From: Camelus ferus
Taxonomy: Eukaryota
Assembly: GCF_009834535.1 (NCBI RefSeq)
Contig: NC_045732.1
Coordinates: forward strand, 20,336,001-20,400,000
Length of the DNA stretch: 64,000 bases
Direction: 5' to 3'
The position numbers and the translations under genes are program-made. The notes beneath the pieces were generated by a model that saw only the letters and a program-made list of their open reading frames with translations, ran no database searches and was not told the DNA's origin. Numbering within the stretch: the stretch's first letter is position 1; each line of letters starts with the position of its first letter. This document shows positions 13,230-24,452 of this stretch, one piece after another.

Positions 13230-13957
13230 CCAATAGCTCTAAACTGGATCCAACCACTTGTTATTACTTCCTCCAAACCACCACTGTGTCTCAGCAGGGG
13301 AACCACAAGAGCGCCCTACCTGGTCTTTCTGCTTCTGCCATTCCCACAGCCTCTTCTTGACACAATCGCCAAAGGGATCCTTTGAAACTGTAGGTCAGTC
13401 ATGTCACTGCTAGGCTTAAAACCCTGCAACGAATCCCCACTTCACTAAGAGCAAAAGGAAAGTCCTGCTAGACCTTCCACCAGCTGCCCTCCACTATACC
13501 CAACCCTGGCCCCAGCCTCCCACTCTCCTCCGTGCTCACTCCACACCCAGCACACTGGCCTCCTTACCATCCCTCCATCATGTTGGGCACACTCTCACCC
13601 CAGGGCCTTTGCACTAGCTCTCCTTTCATCTGCCTGAACCCTAACTCTCTGTATCATTAACTCCTTCACTTTTTTCCAATCTTCACTCAAATGCTGTTTC
13701 CTCAGTGAGGCCCACCTGACCATCCCATTTAAAGTGGCCACCCCACTCCAACCCTCCGATGGTCGTCATCCTGCTCTAGTATCTTTCTGCCCCTTATGCT
13801 TACCCCCTGCTAACATGCTTCAGCATCTCCTTAAAAGTATCAGGTTTGTTGTTTATGGTTTGTCTCTCTCCACTGTAAGCGCTTTGTAATTTTTTGTTCA
13901 CTGATGAAACTCAAGGGCCTAGAACGGTGCCTGGTGTGTAGTTAAATGAATGAATCT
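13230..13957 (+). mobile_element. L2 3' region
   Basis: aaagggatcctttgaaactgtaggtcagtcatgtcactgc...cccagggcctttgcactagct...gggcctagaacggtgcctggtgtgtag...tgaatgaat. Confidence 0.8.
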
Positions 13958-14209
13958 GGATGATAAACTCATTGGTCATTGTTAAAAATATCTATACTTC
14001 TCTGCATAACAAAAAGAGGCCACAATGACCGTAGGAATCTTAACAGTCGTCTGACCACGTAGAGGGACAGAGCATTGCTTGGTCAGCTGTCTCCTTTCCC
14101 CTGACCCAGCATTTCACAGATCCAGGCAGAGGTTTACACCTACTTGGAAAAAATTAACACATGCCTCCCACTCTGCATGATCCACTTATAGTACCAATAA
14201 AATAACATC

Positions 14210-14432
14210 CAATAATTACCAGGGGCTCACAACGTGCCAGGCACAGTCCTTGGTGCTTGCACACCTGACTCCTTTGGTCCTATCCACAACCTAATGTAGT
14301 AAGTACTGTTTTTACCTCCCTCCCATAATAGATGAAGAACAGGAAAAATTCTGTGAATTGTCCAGTCATACAGCTCTGAAGGGGCAGACCCAGGATTTGA
14401 ACCATGTGGTCTGACTTCAGCAGCCACACTCT
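14210..14432 (-). mobile_element. MIR SINE
   Basis: gtgccaggcacagtcct...atagatgaagaac...ccaggatttgaacc..gtctgactt. Confidence 0.75.
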
Positions 14433-14789
14433 GGACCACATATTCACTTCCTTCCAACAGTTATACAAACCAGGTATCTGACAGCCTTACTCAAACTGAG
14501 CCTAAGCAAACTACAAAGGTCATGAATTCCAAACCTTTCTTTAAGGGACAAAGTGCGAAGACATAAGGTTCTCACCAAATATCCTCAAAGAAAGGGATAA
14601 GCACTTAGATTCTCAGCCTTTTACAAATCAGGGAGAGCAGCGGACTCTAGGACCCATAGAGTCCCCTTGCAGTCCAACTTTACAGTCGTTCGATGGCTAA
14701 AACACCAAAGCAGTTTCCCCCAAATAAACTCTTTATCCATTATGTACAAGAAAATTTAAATAGTCCATCTGATGGCTGTAAGTGAGTCC

Positions 14790-15905
14790 AGTTTGAGCCA
14801 GACTAACCTCATTTCCCTTTTGAGTAGGGTTATTAGACCGGGAGATCAAAGGAATGCTACAGACATATGGTATCTTGATTTCAGCAAACCATTTGACAAT
14901 CACTCATGATGATAGATCTTGTGGGCAAGGTGGAGAAATGTGGTTTGAATGGGAAGGTGGGAGAGCATTCGTGGCTGCTGCAACAATGGTACCCAAGGAA
15001 CGATGATTAATAGATGTCAGCTTGGAGGGATGCTTCAAGAACCGCCTGCCAATGGGCTCTGGCTGTGAGTCCACCTGAACAGGAATTTTATCAAAGATGT
15101 GGGTGATGGGCTAGCATCATGTTTATGATGTCGGCAGAGAGCAAAACGCTGTGGGCGGGAGCTGACACAGTGAATCAAGATTTTAAACCATCACCACTGA
15201 TTGGAAGTGAAAGAGCAAAGCAAGCAAGATTCAATTTAACAGAGACAATGGGGGAGTCTTGTGAAATTTAAGTTCAAAATACCAACCACACAAATGAAAT
15301 AGAGGAAACCTCATGTAAAAGAGATTAGATATGCCACTCTAAAGGAAAGGGGCTTGTCGTGCCATTAGGGCAATGATGGACCAGCAGTGTTGTGCAATGC
15401 TTAAAGTGATAAGGGCCATCTTAGTCCTAGGAGGACATTCACTTATAGAAAGAAAGGAGTACATTCCTGTTCTGCACCTGTGGCAGAGGGTAGCCAGACT
15501 GGAAGCAGGACAGGAAATCTGGCATTAAGAGTCCTGGTTGAAGGAACTGATGTTGTTTTACCTGGGATGAAGAAAGCTGAGAAAGGACCACAACAGTAAC
15601 CCCTGGACACCTAAAAGATGTCCTAGAATAGAGATTATAGACAGATTCCATACAGTTCCAGAAAGCAGATTAGGACTAAAAGGCAGGCAATAGAAAAAGA
15701 CAGATTTAGTCTCAGTGTGGATAAGGGCTGTTTGAGAATGGGAACTATGCACCAGTAAAGCCGTGGCGTGGGTGGCCGCTCCCAGGAGCCCCAGAGGGCA
15801 TGGAAACGTGCTGTGCTTTCACTGGGACATCTTCAAAGTGAGTCTCACCCTGGGTGGGAGGTTGGAGTCGATGGATGCTAAGGTCTTTCCCAACTCTAAG
15901 AGCCC
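14790..15905 (+). mobile_element. CR1/L3 LINE relic (reverse transcriptase to 3' end)
   Basis: 14799-14897 translates QTNLISLLSRVIRPGDQRNATDIWYLDFSKPFD, matching the CR1 RT motif (TNLISFFD...VD..YLDFSKAFD). Ends with the L3/MIR3-type tail ggtctttcccaactctaaga. Confidence 0.8.
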
Positions 15906-18279
15906 AAGACTCTCCAAGTCTTGTTAACTTCATTTTATTCTTGGTTATTTTCACTTTGAGGACTAAGGCACTTTATAATTAAGTAATTTTTCAGCATATG
16001 GATGCCCAGGTCTTTAGACTGCAACTTCAGTACACTCAAACCTTCTCAGGTTCATTAATAGATTGAGGGACAGACATTAATGTCAAAAACAAAGCCTGAC
16101 CATGGCTGTCCTAATCATTTACAAAGATAAGCTAGACAGGTTCTCTGCCCTTTGTGGGCTTACAGTCTGGTAGGAGGGCTTCTCCAAAACCTTATTTCAA
16201 CAAATTTAGACCTTAAAATGAGAGCCTTACGTTCAGAAACCATCCTCCCTACTTATCTTTCATTTTCATTTATCATCAAGATGTGATTCATGAAGAATTC
16301 TTGATGTAAAGAGAACTTACCAGAAGTTTTGTGACTGAGAATTTGTTCCAGGGATAATCTTCCCACGATTTCTGAATCGAGTGTCCCGCAAAATCTTGTG
16401 TTCCACAATTTTTAATAGAGTAAAAAGAAATTCAACTCAACTATTAAAACAAAATTCCCACTAACGTTTAAAATTATCTTTGTCCCTAAAATTTCAAAGT
16501 ATTATATGAAGTCAATGAATCCTTAAGAAGTTTGGTCTGACACGGGACAAGAGGAGAGATTTCACACGTGACTGCAATTTCAAGGTGATGCCTATTAAAG
16601 GTAGGCGAGAAGCTCTGGGATTGAAGATGTTTCTGAGAGCTTCTGTGGACTTTACACTTTCCTGATGACATTGTGTAGGAAAGGCCTCCACAAACAGGAA
16701 GGAAGCAATCTTTACTGTTACCAACTTCGCAGTATCAGCCAAACAGAATCTCAAGGATTTCCTACGTAAAGTAGTTTGGTAGTTTTCATTTAAAAGCCCA
16801 ATCCAACACAACAAGAAAAGTCTAGAAAGAAGTGTTTTGCTGTTACTAGTTAAGAGGAAATTATACCCATGAATTACTAACCTTTGAAAGATTGCTTTCT
16901 TCTCAGTTGCTCCATGACAGGTTTAAAAGCAGCTTTCAATGGAGCTGTTAGGATCTCATAATGCCTCAAAAAAAAAAAAAAGAACCTTGCTGAGCAGAGC
17001 CAGGAAAAAAAGATACCTAATCACAGTTACTAAAACATCCAAAAAAAAAAAAAGAAGAAGAAAGAAAGAAAGAAAAGAAAACCACATCAACCAGATTGCC
17101 AAGGGTTTTTGTGGATGGTAAGATGAACAGAATAGGGAGGAAAAGGATCACCCGTCCAAAAGCAGGAAGAATCCATGATCAGCATTGCCATATCGACTCA
17201 AAATGATCGATACAACCCGTGTGTTACTTCCTAGTATGTTTCTGGGTTTAGTAGTTTCCGTGTCTGCTCTGGCTGAAGTTATGCTTCTCAAATAGGGAGT
17301 TTGGATCTCCTGGGGCCGTAACTGACCCATTCCACAGGACCATAAACAGTGCTCCCTAAGGCTGACTGATGGAACACTGAGGAACTGAGGGAATGTGTCT
17401 TCACCATCTGAGTTCCTTTTGTGCCTCTTCTCACTTTTGAAGCACCGAAGATCTCCTACACCAATGAGGGGTTCAAAGTGCAAGAAGTTTTTGTGGCAGG
17501 CAACCCCAGGAATCACCCATAGGTAAGTGAGAAAAAGAGATGGAGAAAAGGAGGTGGAGAACACATAGTACATTAGCAAAGAAGTCACCACTGTGGGCAA
17601 CTGGAGCTAAGTCTACTGGGAACTCTGAGAGGTGGCGGAGAACATGCCTCAGAGCTCTCTCATCCAAGGGGCACGGGAGCAGGGCCACCGGTCCACCAAT
17701 GCCCCATCCGTCACTGCTTGAGCGCTGCTGCAGGGGCATTACCTTGCTGACACTTCTGCCTTTCCCTACGTGCAAGGCCAAGCATGGTCCATCAGACAGA
17801 ACAAAAAGCCCTAGGTAGCCTTCAGAATGAGAGGTCAGGGCTGAAGGAATCTAGCAGAGCACCAACAATGCCTGCTGTTCAGAAGAAGAAAAGCTAAGAT
17901 CAAGGTTAGCACAGAGTTCTGGAAAACTTGAAGGCAGGAGGTGGCAGGCAAGGAATCAGGTTCCACTTCACAGAAAAGATGACATATCCACTGATTATCA
18001 AAGAGAGAGTAGGAATGAGGCTGGAAAGAAGGAAAGAGTAGTATACACACAGGCATAAAGAATGAGAAAGCCTAGAAAGATGGGGAAGACCCAATAAGTA
18101 GTTCAGTCTGACTGGACTGGGGTGGAAGGTGTGGACAGCAGGGAAGGACAACAGGTAGAGGAGCAAGAGATGAACCTTGTCAAGTAGACAGAAAGATATT
18201 GAGAAGGGCTTTGATTTTAACATAGCAATCCCCCTGGATGTGTGTAGCCCCGCACGGGAGAAACGTCTAATGTGTGGGA

Positions 18280-18485
18280 GTGTAGTTTGTGGACTCTGAC
18301 CCGGACCCTAAATCTAGGCTCCAGCACTTTCTAGCTGTTGCTACCTGAAGCAAGTTGCTAACCCTCAATAAGTAGGAAAACAACAGTACCTCTCTCAGAG
18401 AGCTCTTGTGAAGATTAAATTAGGTGATTCATATAAAGATCTCAGCACAGGAAATGACATATAGCAGAACTCAATAAAATATCAA
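18280..18485 (+). mobile_element. MIR SINE
   Basis: aaatctaggctccagcactttctagctg...ttgtgaagattaaattag...ctcagcacag...ctcaataaa. Confidence 0.65.
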
Positions 18486-18519
18486 CTAAAAATAAAATCA
18501 ATCTACCCTATAGATGTCA

Positions 18520-19735
18520 CTGCAGTGAAATGTGGAAATGATGGTCTTTTCAGTAAGTGGCAATGGATTAATTATGCATCCACATGGAAAAAAATTCATC
18601 TTGACCCCTATCTCACACCATTTGCAAATCTCAATTCATACAACTCATGAATGTAAATGACAAAGGCAAAACAAAAAAACTTCTAGAGCATAGGAGAAGA
18701 GCCTCATGATCTTGGGGTCAGTGAAGAATCTGCTTAAGAACAAAGAATACTAACAGAACACAAAAAATACTAACCATAAAGAAAAGGATTGATAAACGGG
18801 ACTACATAAATATAAAAACTTCTGCTCACCAAAAGGTAACACTAAGAGTGAAATGGCACATGACAGAGGGCAAAACCTATAGCTCACAAATAACTCATAC
18901 CCACAATGCATGCAGAATTCATACAAGACAAGAAAAAACGTACAAAGAACCTTACTGAAAGATGAACAAAGGCCTCAAACAGGTTATCCACAAAAAAGAA
19001 TATTCAAATGGTCAAAAATATATATGAAAAGGTGCTCAACCACAAAAATCATCAAAGAAATGCAAATTTAAACCAGACCACACCAGTGTTAGTGATGGCG
19101 TGGAGCAACTCACTTGCATATACTTCTGGGACTATAAATTGGTAAAATCAGTTTAGAAAACTGTTAGGCAGTAGCTACTAAAGCCAAATGTGTACATCCC
19201 CTTTGATCTAGCGATTCCACTTTTAGATACACTCTAAATAGCTGTGTATACATAAGCCCATCAGAAGGCATGTAGAAAAATGTTTGTGGCAATAGCCCTA
19301 AAGTGGAAACAACCCAAATGGCCATCATTAGAATCAATTAACAAATTGTGGTACATGCACACAGTGGGATTTTATTCAGCAATGAGAAGGAACAATATAT
19401 TATATATGCAACAATCTACTATATACGCAACAATGTTGGGTGAGCAATGCTAGACACTAAAAAATACATACTATATGATTCCACTTTCATTAAGTTCAAA
19501 AACAGGAAAATTTAATTGGAGACGTAAGTCAGAATGATGGTTACCTTTGGGGTAGGGGGTAGTGCCTGATAAAATGGGCCTCAGGAGGGTGGTTCAACAA
19601 CACGTTTTATTTCTTGATCTGGGTGATGGTTGTGTGAGTTGTTCACTTTGTGAAAATTAACCAAGCTGTACATTTATGGTCTATGCACTTTTCTGCAGCA
19701 ACGTTCAACTTTAATATAAAGTTTACTTTAAAACT
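18520..19735 (+). mobile_element. Old L1 (L1MC/L1ME-like), ORF2 3' part and 3' UTR
   Basis: tggtcttttcagtaagtgg...cttgacccctatctcacacca...aaagaaatgcaaatttaaacca...gtggaaacaacccaaatg...aagctgtacatttatgg. Confidence 0.85.
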
Positions 19736-19949
19736 CAGAAACTAAACATAATCAACAGCATTCAAAGAGCCAATGACATTAAACTGTCTCAGGATGAACC
19801 TTTTGGGGTCAAGGACCATGAAAGCAATTCCAAAGTCTCAGGTTTTAGTGACTGAAAAGCTAGACTTACTTCACGTTTATGAGCATTAAGTCTCAGAAGG
19901 CTCTCAACACAGCCGGGTGATCCCCCCTACACTTCCTCATCGCATCCAT

Positions 19950-21200
19950 GGTCCCTCCCTGCAACAACATTAACACCTCGCCCTCTCTCCTCACGTTACC
20001 AACACCCTCTCAGCTGAAGACCTTCCCACATAATTCACAGAGAAAACGGATCTAATGGTCTAAGAACGCCCCATCCAAGCACCATCAGTTCACCAGCCCA
20101 CCTGCCCCTCTACCCATATCCCCCATCTTCCCTCGAGTTCCCATGGGTGAAAGAGGGCTCTGATCCCTTCGCCTCTCAGCTTCTCAAGGAATTATCATAA
20201 TTATCCAGTTCTTTTCCCTGCATCATCAATCTCCCCCTCTCCCTGGAATCTACACATGCCTAAATACCAACATTTTTAAAGGAAATCTCCCTGCCTTTCC
20301 CTCCAGCCATGGCTCCATTTCCCCACTCTCCTTCAGAGCAAAACTCCTTGTAAGAGTTGTCTGTGGTTGCTATCTCCTCCTCCATCCATCCTGTTCTCTC
20401 TTCATTACTTCTTATTTGGCCTTCATCTTACCCCTTCACTTAAATGGCACTTAATCAGGGCCACTCATTGCTAACCAGTTACCAAACTCAATGCTCTTGT
20501 CTCATCTTCCTCTCAGAAGCATTTGACCAAGTTGACTTCTCCTCCATTCTTGAGACACCTTCTCCTTGCTTCCATCATAGCACACTCTCCTGATTCTCCT
20601 TCTAGCTTTCTGACTGCTCCTTTTCAGACTTTCTTCTCCTCTACTAACCTTCCGAAGTTGGACTGCCCTACGCTAAGCCCTGCCCCCCTTTTCTTTACTC
20701 TCTACACTGCCCTAGTTCCAAGGCTTTGCATATCATCTCTACCCTTAAGTCTTAGGGCTACATCTCCAGCCTGGACCTCTCTCTTGAGTTTGGAACTCAC
20801 TCATCTAATTGTCTAATACACACAGGCATCTCAAGTTAACACAGGACAAACAGAAAAGTATTGATTCCATTCCCGCCATTCGCACCCCGCAACCCAGTGA
20901 TGACAGATCTACTCTTCCACTCACCTTACCCATTTCTAGAAATGGAACTTCTATGAGTTAAGCCCAAAAACCTAAGGTCCTCCATAATTACTTTTTGTTC
21001 TCATACCTTTTACCCAATCCAGTTTGTAAGTCCCATCAATTCCATCTCCAAAATGAATTCAGAATCCGACCACTTCTCACTGTCTCCCTAGTCCTAGCCA
21101 CTGTCACCACTCACATTGTCTAACTGGTCTACTGGTCTCCAGACTTATTTCCAGAGTGACTCTGCTGAAGTATATGTCAGATCATGTCACCCCTGCAAAA
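19950..21200 (+). mobile_element. L2 ORF2 relic
   Basis: 20510-20536 translates LSEAFDQVD (L2 RT motif LSAAFDTVD). Pyrimidine-rich L2 body; ends near tcagatcatgtcaccc. Confidence 0.8.
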
Positions 21201-21395
21201 ACCACCCCAGCCTGTCTCGGGGCAACAGGATGCAGCTGTCCAAGAATGGTGATCCGAGTGGGAAGGCTATACAGGGGGTATGGAGGCACCCAGACACATT
21301 CAAACAGGGAGAAAAAGGAACTTCAATCACTTTTAGGCTTCCTCTCCCTTTCAAACTCCTCTAGGCCTCGAGCAATGCTAAAGGGAGATGCATAA

Positions 21396-21833
21396 TGTAG
21401 TAGACGCCACTGGTATTCCACCCACAGCCCTTCTGCCCTCCCCAGAGGACCCCTGCAGACATTCCTGTACACACCATAGGCATTTGGCATCTCTCTACGT
21501 GGCCAGGGAGCATGCTGAGCCCACACATGGCACAGGCCCAGGAGCCAGAGAGTTCATGCTCCAGGTGCCACTCTCCATCAGTGAGGGGTGGAAGTTGGTG
21601 GAGAAATACTCCAGCTTCCTCACTCTTCAGTGCAATACTTCTGAGGTATGTGCTGGATTGAATCCCACTTGCCTGGGATGGAAAGCAGCTCACAATGTCC
21701 ATGAGGTTTCCTCTTTCCCTGCCCTACTTCCCCACTCTCTCCTCACGTTTCGGGGGGGATCCCTTCTCAAATAAATGCATGCACAGAAATCCTTGTCTCC
21801 ACCTCTGCATGCTAGGAAACCCAAATTAAGACA
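21396..21833 (+). mobile_element. ERVL LTR16-like solo LTR with 5-bp TSD
   Basis: TGTAG...aaataaatgcatgcacagaaatccttgtctc...ggaaacccaaattaagACA. Flanked by CATAA at 21391-21395 and 21834-21838. Confidence 0.8.
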
Positions 21834-23905
21834 CATAATATTGTGCTTTTCTTCGCAAAGGTAATGCCTTTTATAACACCAAACAAGAACAATGCCCTCC
21901 TAAATTTATATGGACAAGAGACAAGAGAGGTTTGGACACAAAGTCTGGAGACAATGTTTTAGAAAAACGTAAAAATTAATAGGAGATTTTAAATCTATTC
22001 CTGGGTATTATATTAGCTCCATCTTTATTCATGTATAAGTACACAGAGTATATGTTCATCAATTGTATGCACATACCCAAAGTCCCTCTTTTCTCTATTA
22101 ACCATTAATCTGTACTCCAAACAGCTAAAAGGATTTATGAAATTCTGGATACATAACTATCCACTCCTCCCTCTAAAGAAAGAGGGCAGAAGAGAATACA
22201 TTCTGCTCCAGAGCTGAGTTTCACTTGTGAGAAATCTAACTTAAGGAGCAGTGTGTCACAATCACTCACACACACACACACACACAGGAAATGTATGCAC
22301 CACTCAACAGTCTGCAAAACTCCCCTCCACTTCTTTTGAAGTGAAATCACCACTCACCCCAACCGCACTCCCCAGATATCAGCACTGTTGAAAGNNNNNN
22401 NNNNNNNNNNNNNNNNNNNNNNNNNNNNNNNNNNNNNNNNNNNNNNNNNNNNNNNNNNNNNNNNNNNNNNNNNNNNNNNNNNNNNNNNNNNNNNNNNNNN
22501 NNNNNNNNNNNNNNNNNNNNNNNNNNNNNNNNNNNNNNNNNNNNNNNNNNNNNNNNNNNNNNNNNNNNNNNNNNNNNNNNNNNNNNNNNNNNNNNNNNCA
22601 TTTATTCATTACACTTATTATTATTGTTATTGCAGAAAAGCAGCGAATTCCCAGGGCGGGGTTCAAAGAGTTTGGGGGAGGGGGGCTGGGGTGGGGACGA
22701 GTGCGTGAACGGGGAGGAGGCTGTGCTGGGTTGGAGAGCAGAGGTGCCCGGAAGTCCCTGGGGAAGGATGCCGCGAGAGCGCCCCCGCCCCGCGCGCTCG
22801 GCCGCCACCGTGCACCGGCGCAGCTGCTGCAGCAACCGGGGAAGCTTCTTATGTAAGTCAGAGCCGCTGACATCACCTTCGCCGCGAGCGTCGAGCGTCG
22901 CAGCCGATCTAGGCGCCAAAGGACCAGCGTGCTGGCCTAGGGCCCCCGCCCACCGTCCGGTTGTTCCTAAATAACTCTGCCTCCGCCTGATTTGGCTAAC
23001 AGTGCACCAGGAAACCCTCCTGAACGCCTCTCGGAGGGCAGATGATACAGAATGGCATTTATTGGGAGCCCTAGGATGTCGCAAGAGTGAAGTTAACGGG
23101 CAGCAAAGGTGCCCGGGGGTCTTCCACATGCGGGTGGATTTGGGCTACAGTACACAAGACGGGAGCAGGGGGTGTACACCTCTGGGATTCTCGGAGGGCA
23201 GGGCCATTTAGTAGGAACCCTGTGCTGTTCAGGGCAGAATAGAGGTCCAAGGGTCTCATCGATCTCCCCAGGGCCCGGGACACTCCTCCCTCCATGCCCT
23301 TCCAGGCCACAAGGCTGGAGGAGAGAGCTTTGGAGTTCACTCCAGGAGGCGAGCGGCGCCACGATATGTTGCATCCGAGCGCAAGGCATAAATTCTGGGC
23401 TCGGTGCAGCCCTCGAGGTCACAGTAAGAGGGACAAAACCGCCACGGCGTTGCCGAAGCCCTAAAAGGACACTCACTACTCCTGGAGCTCCCCTCAAGCA
23501 TGCTGGGGGGGGGCACTACAGGGCTCCGGGATGGGCTGCTGGAAACCAAAGAAGTTGCACCAACCTCCTGCCCCCTGGGAAGGGATGGGGAAATCGAACC
23601 CTGAAGGTAAATGTCAGACTCCTCTGCCTCCTGTGTCCCCCATAAACGGTCCCTCTCAGTCGGAGACTGCCTTCGAGTCCCGAGGCGGCCCCTTTAACTT
23701 TCTCCCCTCAGCGTCCATCCCAGCCCGAGTCTAGCCTAAACTCCAGGAGGATTGGGGTGGGTCCCAGGAGAAGGGAGGGGTGGGAGGCAAGAGTAAGGTG
23801 CAAGCTGTAGGAGCGCCGCGGGTCTGAGATTGCGGCGACCGTGGAGGGCGCGAGGGCCCGGTGCCGGAGCGGAGCACCAAGGGGNNNNNNNNNNNNNNNN
23901 NNNNN

Positions 23906-24452
23906 NNNNNNNNNNNNNNNNNNNNNNNNNNNNNNNNNNNNNNNNNNNNNNNNNNNNNNNNNNNNNNNNNNNNNNNNNNNNNNNNNNNNNNNNNNNNNNN
24001 NNNNNNNNNNNNNNNNNNNNNNNNNNNNNNNNNNNNNNNNGGGCCACGTCTGAGAGCTGCCGGAGGACGCGGGCCAGCGCCGCGTTGCTCAGCGCGCACA
24101 GGTCCAGCATGAGCAGTACGGCCGCGGCCGCCGCCGAGGACGCCTCGCCAGCCGCGGACGCCGCCTCCAGGACCCCCACCGCGCTCTCCTCGCCGGCCGC
24201 GGGAGCCTCTCCGTGCGGCGGCGCCTGGTCGGTCGGCGCGGCCACCGGCTGAGGAGGCTGCCCAGGAGGCGCGGGGGGCGCGTGGGGAGGATCCTCCGGC
24301 CCCGACGCCGAGGTCTCGTCCTGTCGGCCGGGCGGTTGCAGGGGCGGCGGCGGCTCAGCGCTGCCTCCGTTTGCGTCCTCCACCGGGCCAGGCGCCGGGC
24401 GCCTCTGACGGCACAGCCACTGCGGCTCCACAATCCGCTTGGCGAAAGGCAT
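23906..24452 (-). CDS. NHS: NHS actin remodeling regulator (Nance-Horan syndrome protein), coding part of exon 1 (N-terminus and start of the WAVE-homology domain)
   Basis: ORF 23736..24452 reads [43 protein letters not shown]...[35 protein letters not shown], which I recognise as the NHS isoform-A N-terminus. 137 codons are visible. The rest of the exon and its splice donor lie in the N block 23885-24040. The end coordinate 23906 is estimated from the recalled human exon remainder (45 codons + 1 nt). The ORF tail PWCSAPAP... is intron read-through. Confidence 0.95.

Larger units (their letters stand above)
1..23905 (-). other. NHS: 5' part of NHS intron 1
   Basis: Lies downstream of exon 1 on the minus strand. 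No further NHS-like coding sequence was recognised. NHS intron 1 is known to be very long in mammals. Confidence 0.85.

Noticed and set aside
22267-22286. (CA)10 and other short microsatellites and poly-G/poly-A runs (8832-8843, 16967-16981, 41592-41605)
   Set aside because: Common simple repeats with no associated structure.
23736-23905. C-terminal extension PWCSAPAPGPRALHGRR... of the NHS ORF
   Set aside because: Read-through into intron 1 beyond the masked splice donor.
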